DNA from: Planctomycetota bacterium
Lineage (GTDB): Bacteria; Planctomycetota; UBA1135; UBA2386
Length of the DNA stretch: 64,000 bases
Direction: 5' to 3'
Assembly: GCA_965223545.1 (NCBI GenBank)
Contig: OZ245006.1
Coordinates: forward strand, 2,944,001 to 3,008,000
Shown: positions 47,483 to 56,911 of the stretch, piece after piece
Layout of the letters: the number at the start of each line of letters is the position of its first letter
How positions within the stretch are numbered: position 1 is the stretch's first letter
Program-made: the position numbers and the translations under genes
The notes under the pieces: generated by a model
What the model was told of the DNA's origin: nothing
The model's database searches: none
What the model saw: the letters and a program-made list of their open reading frames with translations, nothing else

Positions 47483-48541
47483 ATGGCGTCGATGATCGAC
47501 ACGCGGAGCGCGGCTGCCTTCCGACCCCCGGCAGATTGGCAACGCGCGGTGACAGTCGATGCGCACACCGGCGGCGAGCCGTTCCGCGTCGTGATCGAGG
47601 GCGCCCCACAGCCACAGGGAGCGACCATGCTCGCCAAACGGCAGTGGGCCGAGAAGCACCTGGACGACCTGCGTGGATGGTTGCTGCTCGAGCCTCGCGG
47701 TCATGCCGACATGTATGGCGGCATCCTGACCGAGCCGGAACGGACCGGCAGCGACGTCGGTGTGCTGTTCGTGCACAACGCGGGGTTCTCGACCATGTGC
47801 GGGCACGGGATCATCGCCCTCACCACGGTGCTGCTGGAGCTCGATCTGCTGCCCGGCGCGGCGCAGCGTGGTGAGCTGGCGATCGACACACCGGCCGGCA
47901 CCGTGCGGGCCCGCCCTCGCTGGCGAGGCTCGCGCGTGCAGAGCGTCGCCTTCGACAACGTGCCCTCGTTCGCCGCGCGACTGGACGCGACCGTCGCGGT
48001 GCCGGAGGTGGGCACGGTGCGCTACGACATCGCGTTCGGCGGCGCGTTCTACGCATTCGTCGAGGCCGCCGACCTCGGCCTGGCGTGCACTCCGCAACAC
48101 GTCCCGGCGCTGATCGACGCGGGCCGGGCGATCAAGCGCGCGATCCAAGCCGACGAAACCGCGCCGATGCAGCACCCGCTCGAGCCCGAGTTGGGGTTCC
48201 TGTACGGAGTGATCTTCACCGCCCCCGCGCCGGCCGCCGGCCTGTTCGGCCGTCACGTGTGCGTGTTCGCCGATGGTGAAGTCGACCGGTCGCCAACCGG
48301 TACCGGGGTCAGCGCGCGCGCTGCTGTGCTGCACGCGCGCGGCGAGCTCGAGCTCGGCTGTGACCTCTCGATCGACAGCATCGTCGGCTCTCGCTTTCGG
48401 GTGCGGGCGGTGCGCGAGACCACTTGTGGCGCGCTACCCGCGGTGGTTCCCGAAGTGGAGGGCAACGCCTGGTTGTGCGGCCGAACCGAGCACTGGTTGG
48501 CCGACGATGACCCGTTTCCACGGGGGTTCTTGCTGCGGTGA
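47483..48541 (+). CDS. Proline racemase family, Cys/Thr type: probable trans-3-hydroxy-L-proline dehydratase
   Basis: DAHTGGEP, EPRGH, STMCGH (Cys) and DRSPTGTG (Thr in place of the second Cys). Confidence 0.85.
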   Translation: MASMIDTRSAAAFRPPADWQRAVTVDAHTGGEPFRVVIEGAPQPQGATMLAKRQWAEKHLDDLRGWLLLEPRGHADMYGGILTEPERTGSDVGVLFVHNAGFSTMCGHGIIALTTVLLELDLLPGAAQRGELAIDTPAGTVRARPRWRGSRVQSVAFDNVPSFAARLDATVAVPEVGTVRYDIAFGGAFYAFVEAADLGLACTPQHVPALIDAGRAIKRAIQADETAPMQHPLEPELGFLYGVIFTAPAPAAGLFGRHVCVFADGEVDRSPTGTGVSARAAVLHARGELELGCDLSIDSIVGSRFRVRAVRETTCGALPAVVPEVEGNAWLCGRTEHWLADDDPFPRGFLLR

Positions 48542-49506
48542 AGCTGCTGCTGCTCAGTGCCGCCGACATCGAAGCCGCGCTGCCGATGCACCGGTGCGTG
48601 GAGGTGATGAAGCGGGCGTTCGCGGACTTCTCCGCCGGCCGCGCGACCGTGCCGCAGCGCACGCACATCGATGCCGGCGACGGCTCGTTGCTGGTCAAGC
48701 CCGCGTGCATCCCCGGGGTCGGGCTCGGCGCCAAGCTGGTCTCGGTGTTTCCCGGCAACGCCTCCCGCGGGCGACCCGTGACACCCGGCATCGTCGTGCT
48801 GCTGTCGCCCGAGAGCGGCGAGCCCGAGGCCCTGCTCGACGGCACGTTCTTGACCGCGTGGCGTGCGGGAGCGGCCTCCGGCGCGGCGACCGACCTGATC
48901 GCCGCCAACGACGCGGCCGTCGGTGCGGTGATCGGCGCCGGTGGCCAAGCGCGGACGCAAGTGCTGGCCATCGACGCCGTGCGCGCGCTCCGCGAGATCA
49001 GGGTGTACGCGCGCACACCGGCGCGAGTGGAGGCCATGATCGAGGAGCTGCAACCGCGCGTGCGAGCGCGCCTGACCGCGGCTGCATCGCCGCGCGCGGC
49101 GCTCGCCGGAGCACAGATCGTTTGCACCGCGACGACGTCTCGGGCGCCCGTGTTTCCGGACGACGCGCTGGCCGCCGGCGCCCACGTCAACGGCATCGGC
49201 AGCTTCACGGCGACGATGCAAGAGATCGGCAACGCGACGGTGCAGCGGGCAGCGGTGTTCGTCGACTCCCGGGCCTCCGCCGAACTCGAGGCCGGCGACC
49301 TGCTGCACGCCGCCGCGAGCGAGGGGACCGACCCGGCCGACTGGATCGAGCTGGGGGCATGGATCGAGGCCGGCCAACCGGCGGTGCCCAGCGCCGAGAT
49401 CACGCTGTTCAAGTCCGTCGGCCTCGCGGTGCAAGACATCGCCGCCGGTGCCGAGGTCCTGGGTTCCGCGCGTCAGCGGGGCCTGGGCCGGATCGTGGAG
49501 CTGTAG
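48538..49506 (+). CDS. Ornithine cyclodeaminase/mu-crystallin family: probable Delta1-pyrroline-2-carboxylate reductase
   Basis: KLVSVFPGN, LTAWRAGA, GAGGQA, FKSVGLAVQD; overlaps the dehydratase gene. Confidence 0.8.
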   Translation: MKLLLLSAADIEAALPMHRCVEVMKRAFADFSAGRATVPQRTHIDAGDGSLLVKPACIPGVGLGAKLVSVFPGNASRGRPVTPGIVVLLSPESGEPEALLDGTFLTAWRAGAASGAATDLIAANDAAVGAVIGAGGQARTQVLAIDAVRALREIRVYARTPARVEAMIEELQPRVRARLTAAASPRAALAGAQIVCTATTSRAPVFPDDALAAGAHVNGIGSFTATMQEIGNATVQRAAVFVDSRASAELEAGDLLHAAASEGTDPADWIELGAWIEAGQPAVPSAEITLFKSVGLAVQDIAAGAEVLGSARQRGLGRIVEL

Positions 49507-49608
49507 AGCTTTTTTTGGTTTGACGCCTGACGCGACGGCCCGGCCGGCGGTCCAACCAGTGGACGGCCACGCTCTGCCCGGGCGGAGGCCACTACCGAGA
49601 GAGGTCCG

Positions 49609-50643
49609 ATGCTGAACCCCACTCCGTGGCTCGCCGCTGTCCTGGCGGCCACCCATCTCGGCGCCCAGCCCCAGCTCGTGGTGCCCACTCGCGCGCCGAC
49701 GCCGGCCACCTGCATGGCGAAGCCGGAGAAACCATCGCCGGCGTCCACCGAGGCCCGCGCGTTCCTGCGCACGCGGGTCGCGAACCGAACGCTCAACAAG
49801 GCGATCAAGACCGTCGCCAAGCGCCTGCACTGGCACGACGATCTCGACGCCGCGCTCGGCGCCGCCGACAACCAGACCAAGCCCGTGCTCTGGATCCACG
49901 CGCTGGGCACGCTGACCGGTTACACCTGAAGCGCGGCGCAAAGCCTGAGGGGCGTGTCCCTTCCCGACGATCGAGTTCTCGAGCTCCTCGCCAGCGATTT
50001 CGTCGTCGGCTGGCACAACATCGAGCGCGAGGACTACACCGGCAAATCGCGGGGCTACCACCGCGGCCAGACCGCCGTCGGCACGACCAACGGCGCGGGT
50101 GGTCGCAACGTCCAGCTGTTCGTCCTGGCCCCCGACTCGACCGTGCTGCACGCCCTGCCGGGGTTCTGGCACCCGGACGACCTGCACGACGAGCTGCGGT
50201 TCGCCCTCATCGTCCACCGGCTGTGGCAGGATCCCGGGCGCGATCTCGAGGCCAAGCGCGCCCTCCTGGAGCAGCTGCGCGCCTACCACATGCGCACCCG
50301 CTCCGAACTCACCGCGGCGCGGAGCCAGTGGCAGTCGTTCGATCGCAACACCGAGCTGCGCCGCCACCGGACGGCGGCCCGCGACACGGTCGACCCGACG
50401 CAGTCCGGGCCGCGGCTGAAACCGCTGCACGTCGTCGTCCATGAGCGGGTGGCAATGCAAGCCCTGGTGCCGTTCGCCGACTTCGACATCGAGGCCCTGG
50501 TGGACTACGGCCAGCACCACTACGACAACAACCGGGGCATCGATCGGCCGGGCCGCCCGTTCTACGTGATGGAGCGGCTGAGCGCGGCACGCGCGCAGGC
50601 CCAGCGCCGGGCCGAGCGGCGCGCGCGGCGCCGCGGCGAGTAG
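49609..50643 (+). CDS. Secreted thioredoxin-like protein with in-frame TGA at 49927-49929; candidate selenoprotein (SelN-like)
   Basis: ORFs 49609-49929 and 49954-50643 share a frame and are separated by a single TGA. The joined sequence reads WHDDLDAALGAA..QTKPVLWIHALGTLTGYT-U-SAAQSLRGVSLPDDRVLELLASDFVVGW. Confidence 0.7.
49947..49963 (+). promoter_or_regulatory. Candidate bacterial SECIS hairpin
   Basis: GAGGGG-CGTGT-CCCTTC (6 bp stem with one G-U pair); the loop starts 23 nt after the TGA and has G at its second position. Confidence 0.4.
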
Positions 50644-50662
50644 CCGACCCGCTGGGCGGCGA

Positions 50663-50938
50663 TCACGGTCGAGCCGCCAGCGCCCGCTGTCGGCGGGCGC
50701 GCTTCGCGCGCTGGTAGCGCAGCGCGACACCTCGATAGCATGGCACACGGTGCCGCAGCCATCGATGCGCGCGCCGCTTGAACGGCAGGTCGATCAGGCC
50801 CAGCCCCAGCACCGTGAACAAGATCCCCTGCAGGAACGGTAGGAACAGACCGACGATCCCCAGCACCACGAGCGCGATGCCGGCCGTGTTGCGCACGACC
50901 CGGATGGCGATTTGCGGTTCGGTGGCGGCCCTGGTCAT
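50663..50938 (-). CDS. Small membrane protein (PGPGW-like)
   Basis: GIALVVLGIVGLFLPFLQGILFTVLGLGLI followed by a basic tail. Confidence 0.7.
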   Translation of the reverse strand: MTRAATEPQIAIRVVRNTAGIALVVLGIVGLFLPFLQGILFTVLGLGLIDLPFKRRAHRWLRHRVPCYRGVALRYQRAKRARRQRALAARP

Positions 50939-50996
50939 CACCGTTGTGTGCGCCGCGGCGGCGGCAAAATCAACCGTCGCGCCGGCGGCGGTGGCG

Positions 50997-52472
50997 ATGG
51001 GCACGATTGCCTCGCTGACCGAGGAGCCGGCCGCCGCCGAGTCGTGGTGGAGCGTCGGCGTGCCGATCCTCGTCGTCGTACTCGGCGAACTCCTCGCCGC
51101 TGTGTTCGTGGTCCGAGTGCTGAGCCAAGGCGGGTCCCCGTCGACGACCATTGCGTGGGTCCTGTTGATCCTGTCCGCCCCGTACGTGGGCCTCGCCCTC
51201 TACTACCTCCTGCCGCGGCGGCTGCTGTTGCGCCGGCTGGCGAAGCGCGCGGACCAGATGGCCTGGATCGAGCCACAGCTGCAGACGGTGCTGCCCTCGA
51301 CACCACCGGCCGGACCGCGCACCGAACCGCTGGAACGCCTGCTGTGTCGGCTCGATCACGACGCGGTCGTCGATGGCAACCAACTGGAGCTGCTGCCCAC
51401 CGGAGCCGACTTCGTCACCCGCAGCCTGGCCGCGCTCGATCAGGCCCGGTCGTTCGTCCACCTCGAGGCCTACATCTTTCGCCCCGACGGCACGGGCACG
51501 GCGTTGATCGAGCGCTTGACGGAGGTCGCGCGCCGGGGCATCGAGGTCCGACTGCTGTACGACAGCATCGGCAGCTGGTCGCTGCGCCGGCGCCATCTGC
51601 GCGGTCTGCTCGCCGCCGGCGGCAAGGCGGAGGCCTACGCTCCACTGTTGTGGCGGCGCCGGCCGTTCACCCTCAACCTGCGCAACCACCGCAAGCTGCT
51701 CGTCGTCGACGGCGAGCTCGCGATCCTCGGGGGCCGCAACATCGGCGACGAGTACGCCTCGGACCACTTCGCCGACAGCGGGCGCTGGCTCGACTCGATG
51801 ATTGCGGTCGAGGGACCCGCGGTCCCGCGCCTCCACCGCGTGTTCGTCGAAGACTGGTTCCACGCCAGCGACGAAGACCTGGCCAAGCCGCGCTACTTCC
51901 CGGAGCAGCAGCGCGTCGGCGACGAACGGGTGGGAATCGTCGCCAGCGGCCCGGACGCGCCGAACAACAACTTCAGCTGGACGCTGTTTCAGCTGTTGGG
52001 AGCCGCGGAGACGAGCATCGACATCAGCTCGCCCTACGTGGTCCCCGACGTCCCGACGCTCACGGCGCTGCAGGTCGCCGCCGCGCGCGGGGTGCGCGTC
52101 CGCATCCTCACCAACAGCGCCGTGGTCGCCCAACCAATCCTCCACCGCGCCCAACGCAGTCACTACGGCGCCTTGCTCTCGGTCGGCGTCGAGATCTACG
52201 AGAGCGGCAACGACTACAACCACGCCAAGATGGTCATCGTCGACGACGCCCGCCTGCTGGTCGGCAGCCCCAACCTGGACGTGCGCAGCGAGCAGCTCAA
52301 CTTCGAACTCGCGATCGTGACCGAGTCCGCCACGGCTTGCGAGGCCGCCGCCGCGCTGTTTCGGCAACGGTTGCGGCCCGCCCATCGCATCGACCCAACT
52401 GCGGCCCCCGCGACGCGCCCCTGGGACCCGCTGCTCAACGGCATCTGCCGGGTACTGTCACCCGTACTGTGA
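50997..52472 (+). CDS. cls: Cardiolipin synthase
   Basis: N-terminal TM pair (AWVLLIL..PYVGL.LY) and two HKD motifs (NHRKLLVVDG, HAKMVIVDD). Confidence 0.92.
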   Translation: MGTIASLTEEPAAAESWWSVGVPILVVVLGELLAAVFVVRVLSQGGSPSTTIAWVLLILSAPYVGLALYYLLPRRLLLRRLAKRADQMAWIEPQLQTVLPSTPPAGPRTEPLERLLCRLDHDAVVDGNQLELLPTGADFVTRSLAALDQARSFVHLEAYIFRPDGTGTALIERLTEVARRGIEVRLLYDSIGSWSLRRRHLRGLLAAGGKAEAYAPLLWRRRPFTLNLRNHRKLLVVDGELAILGGRNIGDEYASDHFADSGRWLDSMIAVEGPAVPRLHRVFVEDWFHASDEDLAKPRYFPEQQRVGDERVGIVASGPDAPNNNFSWTLFQLLGAAETSIDISSPYVVPDVPTLTALQVAAARGVRVRILTNSAVVAQPILHRAQRSHYGALLSVGVEIYESGNDYNHAKMVIVDDARLLVGSPNLDVRSEQLNFELAIVTESATACEAAAALFRQRLRPAHRIDPTAAPATRPWDPLLNGICRVLSPVL

Positions 52473-53197
52473 CCCCGGTGACCCCGTCCTCCGACAACGA
52501 CCTCAAGGTCATCACGTACAATCTGCACAAGGGACGCGGCCGCTGGCGGGCGAGCATCCTGCACGATGCCGTCGACGCCCTGCGCGAGCGCCAGCCGGAC
52601 ATCCTTCTCTGCCAGGAGGTGTTCGCCGGCGCGGGACAGGCCCTGCACCAGTGCGCCTTCATCACCGAGGAGCTCGGCCACGACCACGCGTTCGGCCCCA
52701 ACGCCTTTTACCGCCGCGGCTGTCACGGCAACGCCACCTTCGCCAATCTGCCGGTGGAACGTGCCCTCAACATCGACGTCACCCACGCGCGCCTCGAGAA
52801 GCGCGGCATCTTGCGCACTTGGCTGCGCGGCCCCCCCGGCCCGATCGAAGTGTTCAACGTCCACTTCAGCCTGACCCACCGCCAGCGGTGGCTGCAGTGG
52901 GAACGGCTCCTCGCCGAGCTGCCCGACGACCCGACCGTGCCAGTCATCATCGGCGGCGACTTCAATGACTGGCCCGGGCGGCTCGATCGCCGGGCGCGGT
53001 CCTCCCCACTGCGCAACGCGCTGTGGCAGCTGCCGGAGCCGGATCGGCGGAGCTACCCAGCGCACCGGCCGCGTTTCCCCCTCGATCGCATCTACGTCCG
53101 CGGCCTCGCCATCGCGAACGTCAGGGTGCTGACCGGGCTACCGTGGTCACGGCTGTCGGACCACTTGCCCGTCGAAGCCGAGCTGCGGTTCGACTGA
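52469..53197 (+). CDS. Endonuclease/exonuclease/phosphatase family protein (YbhP-like)
   Basis: TYNLHKG, LCQEV, GDFNDW, LDRIY, SDHLP; overlaps the cls stop. Confidence 0.9.
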   Translation: MTPVTPSSDNDLKVITYNLHKGRGRWRASILHDAVDALRERQPDILLCQEVFAGAGQALHQCAFITEELGHDHAFGPNAFYRRGCHGNATFANLPVERALNIDVTHARLEKRGILRTWLRGPPGPIEVFNVHFSLTHRQRWLQWERLLAELPDDPTVPVIIGGDFNDWPGRLDRRARSSPLRNALWQLPEPDRRSYPAHRPRFPLDRIYVRGLAIANVRVLTGLPWSRLSDHLPVEAELRFD

Positions 53198-53258
53198 AGC
53201 TCGGTCGTGCATGCACGGCCGACGCTTTGGCTCACGCCTCGTGGCGTATGCTTTCGCG

Positions 53259-54872
53259 GTGTCCCGAACTCGCCGCGACCACTCCTGGCGCTCTCGCATC
53301 GCGGCGCTGGTCGTCGGCCTCCTCGCGGCAGTCGTGCTGCCCGAGGTCGTCGCCCGCATCCTCGGCCTCCGGGCCGCTCCGCAGTTCCTCGAGCGGGTGA
53401 CGATCGACGGTCGCGACGGCTTCCGCGGCAAGGGCCGCCAACCGCCCAACCACGTTGGCTGCAACACCGAGTTCTTCCCCGCCGAGGCGCCGCACGGCGT
53501 GCTGCGCATCGGCGCGTTCGGCGCGTCGACGGTGGCCGGTACACCCTACTTCGAACCGTTTCGCATCTGGACTTGGCTGCAAGACGAGCTGCAAGCCCGC
53601 CTGCCGGGGATTCAGGTCGAGGTCCTCGACTTCGGTCAACCCGGGGCGAATCTGGAGTTGGTCCGGCAGCTGGTCGACGAGCTGCCGGGGGATCTGCTCG
53701 ACCTCGCCATCGTCTACGCCGGCCACAACGAGTTCTTCGACCTGTACTGCGCGCGCAGCCGCGCTGAGAAAGAACGCACGGTGCTGGGCCATGCCGTACA
53801 GGCCTACTTGCGCCTGCGCTTTCCGTCTTGGCTACTGTCCATCTCCGGCACCACCAACGTGTTCGTGCCCGCCAAGCCCGACAAGCTGGGTCCGCTCACT
53901 TCCGATCCCGACCAAGCCGAGCTGCGCGAGTGGATGTACTCCAACATCGAACGTGATTACGGCCAGCTGCTGGACGCGTTGCAGCAGCGCGCGGCGCGGG
54001 TTCTCTGCGTCCTCCCGGCCTCCAATCTCGAGTCGATCGACACGCACGTCGCCTACCTGGCCGACGGCGGTGACCCCGCTCGGCAAGAGCTCGGGCTCGC
54101 CGCGGTCGGCGCGGCGATCGAGCAGTTCGCAGCCAAGGACCTGCAGGCGGCGCTCACCGCGGCGCAGCGCGCCTGCCGGCAGTTTCCCGAGTTCTCGACC
54201 GCCCACCTCGCCCGCGCGCGAGTGTTGCAAGCGATGGGCCACCCCGATGCGGAAGAGGCCCATCTGACCGCCCAGGACCTCGACCTCCGCCCGCTCGGCG
54301 CCACCCGGCGGCTGCGACATACCCTGCAACGGGCGGCCGCGGCTCGCGACGTGCCGGTCTGCGACGCGCACCACCACTTCACTGCTTCCGGGGTCCCCCG
54401 CGCGAAGCTGTTCGTCGACGCCGTACACCCGACGACCACGGGCCAGAGGCTGGTCGCCAACTTGCTGGCGCAGACGCTCCGCGGGTTGCACTGGCCCCGG
54501 CCCGCGGACCAGTGGCGGGCATCGTTCACGCCGGACGCGACGCTGACCGCCGGGGCCGAGACCGCGGAGCTCGCCGTCAGCGGCTGGCGGGCGCTGGCGG
54601 CGCTGCAGTACGCGGTCGCGTCGGGGGCAAAACCGCAGGCGCTCGATCGGGTGATCGCCGACTTTCGGCACGCGATGGCGCAGTCTCCGGACCAGGCCAG
54701 CTTCGAAGCCGGCCTCGGCACTGCCCTCCTGTTTGCCGGCAACGAGATCGAGGGGCGCCGGCATCTGCGCAACGCCATCGAGCGTGCACCCAGGGTGGAG
54801 GAGTGGCTGCGCGACGCCATCCAGCAGCACGACGGCCTGCGCGCCCTGCTGGACCAAATCGCGACACACTGA
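53259..54872 (+). CDS. Membrane-anchored SGNH-hydrolase-like protein with TPR-like helices
   Basis: TM, FGASTVAG, YAGHNEF, FVDAVHP. Start uncertain (53211/53259). Confidence 0.7.
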   Translation: MSRTRRDHSWRSRIAALVVGLLAAVVLPEVVARILGLRAAPQFLERVTIDGRDGFRGKGRQPPNHVGCNTEFFPAEAPHGVLRIGAFGASTVAGTPYFEPFRIWTWLQDELQARLPGIQVEVLDFGQPGANLELVRQLVDELPGDLLDLAIVYAGHNEFFDLYCARSRAEKERTVLGHAVQAYLRLRFPSWLLSISGTTNVFVPAKPDKLGPLTSDPDQAELREWMYSNIERDYGQLLDALQQRAARVLCVLPASNLESIDTHVAYLADGGDPARQELGLAAVGAAIEQFAAKDLQAALTAAQRACRQFPEFSTAHLARARVLQAMGHPDAEEAHLTAQDLDLRPLGATRRLRHTLQRAAAARDVPVCDAHHHFTASGVPRAKLFVDAVHPTTTGQRLVANLLAQTLRGLHWPRPADQWRASFTPDATLTAGAETAELAVSGWRALAALQYAVASGAKPQALDRVIADFRHAMAQSPDQASFEAGLGTALLFAGNEIEGRRHLRNAIERAPRVEEWLRDAIQQHDGLRALLDQIATH

Positions 54873-55013
54873 CCAGCCGACCCGGCCGGGCCCCTGCCGA
54901 GCGGGCCATACCATCGCCCGTTCGACCACAGTCGAATCCGAGCCCAACGACCTCCGGAATCCCCGTGTAGCCCGCCGACACGTGCTGCCGAAAGCAACAA
55001 GGGGGAAACCGGG

Positions 55014-56225
55014 ATGGAGGACCGAGAGCAACCGGCAGAGGCATTGCGCTACGAGTGCATGCTGTGCGGCACATCCGTCCTGCGCGACGGGGACGAGTGC
55101 TTCGACTGCCGCAAGCGGCGGCCCGAGGCGCTCCGGCGCGCGATGACCGGTGAGCGCAGTGTGAGCCGGAGGCGCCGAGCGGCGCAGGTCGGCGGCGCAG
55201 TCACGGCGATCGCGGCGGCGGCCTTCGTCGCCGGCCTGACGGACTTCGGCGAGCCGGGCGAGCAGTGGCGCGCCAGCGTGCACGCCGAGATCAACGCCAT
55301 CCTGCCGATCACGGGAAACTGCGTCGTGGTCGGCACCGAGGACGACGGTGTCCTGGCCCTGGACGAAGCCAGCGGTGCGCAGCGCTGGCAGCTTCCACTC
55401 GACGCGGCGGTCCGCTCGATCCACCGCGCCGCCGACCGCGCCTGCGTGCGCACCGACGATCAGCTCATCAGCCTCGAGCTACGCACCGGAGCACGCGAAT
55501 GGCAAGTCGAGATCGCCAGCAATGGGGTGATGGCGAGCGAGCCACGGCGCTTACTCCTGACCACCGCGGAAGGCGTGTTCGCCCACGATCCCCGCACGGG
55601 TGAGGAGCTCTGGTCCTATTACGTCGACGACGATCGCACGGCGCGCGGGGTGACCGTGCGCGGCAAGGTCGCGTGGTTCGGCTACGAGGAAGAGCTCCGC
55701 GGCGAAGAGCCCGCCACTGCGGTCCGCACCGGCGGGGTCGCCTGCCTCGACCTGGAGAGCCGCTTGCTCCGCTGGGAAACCGACCTCGGTGCCGCCGTTG
55801 CGCACGGTCCGATGATCGCCGGTGGCAACGTGGTCGCGGTCACCGAGAACGGGTGGTGCTACGCGATCAATCCCAACGACGGCAAGGTCGGGTGGCGGCA
55901 GGACCGCATCTCGTCGCTGCCGGCACAGAGCGGCTCTCATCTGGTGATGGTCCGGGGCGGAGGCGTCGTCGCCATCGACGCGATCACCGGCGAAGTGCAG
56001 TGGACCAACGACGCGTTGACCGGGGTGCGCTCGGTGCACTCGCTCGACGAAGGCACCGTGTTCGCCCTGACCGGGGATGCGCTGTGCGCGCTGCGCAGCC
56101 GGAGCGGTCGCGAGCGCTACCGCCGCGAGCTGCCTTCTGCCATCGCCGCGGAGCTGGACGTCGCGGGCGGCGCCGCCCTGGTCGCGTCCAGTCACGGAAC
56201 CCTGCACGCGTATGACATTCGGTGA
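55014..56225 (+). CDS. PQQ-like (BamB-type) beta-propeller protein with N-terminal CxxC-CxxC and TM
   Basis: CMLC...CFDC, TM segment, repeated ALD..SG..RW units. Confidence 0.75.
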   Translation: MEDREQPAEALRYECMLCGTSVLRDGDECFDCRKRRPEALRRAMTGERSVSRRRRAAQVGGAVTAIAAAAFVAGLTDFGEPGEQWRASVHAEINAILPITGNCVVVGTEDDGVLALDEASGAQRWQLPLDAAVRSIHRAADRACVRTDDQLISLELRTGAREWQVEIASNGVMASEPRRLLLTTAEGVFAHDPRTGEELWSYYVDDDRTARGVTVRGKVAWFGYEEELRGEEPATAVRTGGVACLDLESRLLRWETDLGAAVAHGPMIAGGNVVAVTENGWCYAINPNDGKVGWRQDRISSLPAQSGSHLVMVRGGGVVAIDAITGEVQWTNDALTGVRSVHSLDEGTVFALTGDALCALRSRSGRERYRRELPSAIAAELDVAGGAALVASSHGTLHAYDIR

Positions 56226-56253
56226 GAGACCACTCGCGGGAGAAGCACGAACC

Positions 56254-56841
56254 ATGAGCGCAGCACGCACCAAAGCAAAAACGGGCAAGAGTCCGGCAAA
56301 GAAGAAGGCGGCGAAGAAGGCCGCCACGAAGAAGAAGGTCAAGAAGGTGACGGCCAAGAAGACCGGCACCAAGAAGGCGAGCAGCAAGAAAGCCACTGCC
56401 AAGACGACCAACGCCAAGAAGACCACCAAGCGCAAGACGAAGGCGACGCCGAGCACCGGCAAGGCGGCCGCCGAGAAGACCTGCGAGACGACCGCCGTCA
56501 ACGCCGCGGAAGCCATCCTCGACACGATCGATGCGCCCCTGGTCGACGTCGATGCGACCCGCGCCGCGCCGACGCCGGGCGCGCCGCCGCCCGACTGGGA
56601 AGAGGCCGATCAAGCTTGGCTGCAGAGCGCCGACACCAGCGTGGCGCCACAGCAGGAGACGCCGGACCTGACCGTCATCGAAGTGGCGACTCCGAGTCTC
56701 GCCAGCTTGACGCTGCGCCAAGTGTTGGGCTCACTCGTGGTCGCCACACCGCAACCGACCGGCTATCGCAGGATTGCGGCATGGGTGATCGGCGCCTTCG
56801 TGCTCGGCGCCGTGAGCAGCGCGATCTTCTTGCCCTCGTAG
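56254..56841 (+). CDS. Lys/Ala/Thr-rich histone-H1-like protein with acidic middle and C-terminal TM
   Basis: KKKAAKKAATKKKVKK... N-terminus; hydrophobic C-terminus IAAWVIGAFVLGAVSSAIFL. Confidence 0.65.
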   Translation: MSAARTKAKTGKSPAKKKAAKKAATKKKVKKVTAKKTGTKKASSKKATAKTTNAKKTTKRKTKATPSTGKAAAEKTCETTAVNAAEAILDTIDAPLVDVDATRAAPTPGAPPPDWEEADQAWLQSADTSVAPQQETPDLTVIEVATPSLASLTLRQVLGSLVVATPQPTGYRRIAAWVIGAFVLGAVSSAIFLPS

Positions 56842-56911
56842 GCTGACCCTCGGTGACGGTTCACGGCTCGACGGAGCTGGACGGCACGGGCGGGTCAGCC
56901 TGACGCGACCG

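Noticed and set aside
49509..49520. T-run after the OCD-family gene as an intrinsic terminator
   Set aside because: No convincing GC stem directly before it.
52452..52486. Short tandem-like repeats (GTACTGTCACCC/GTACTGTGACCC)
   Set aside because: Two or three degenerate units inside a gene overlap; not an array.
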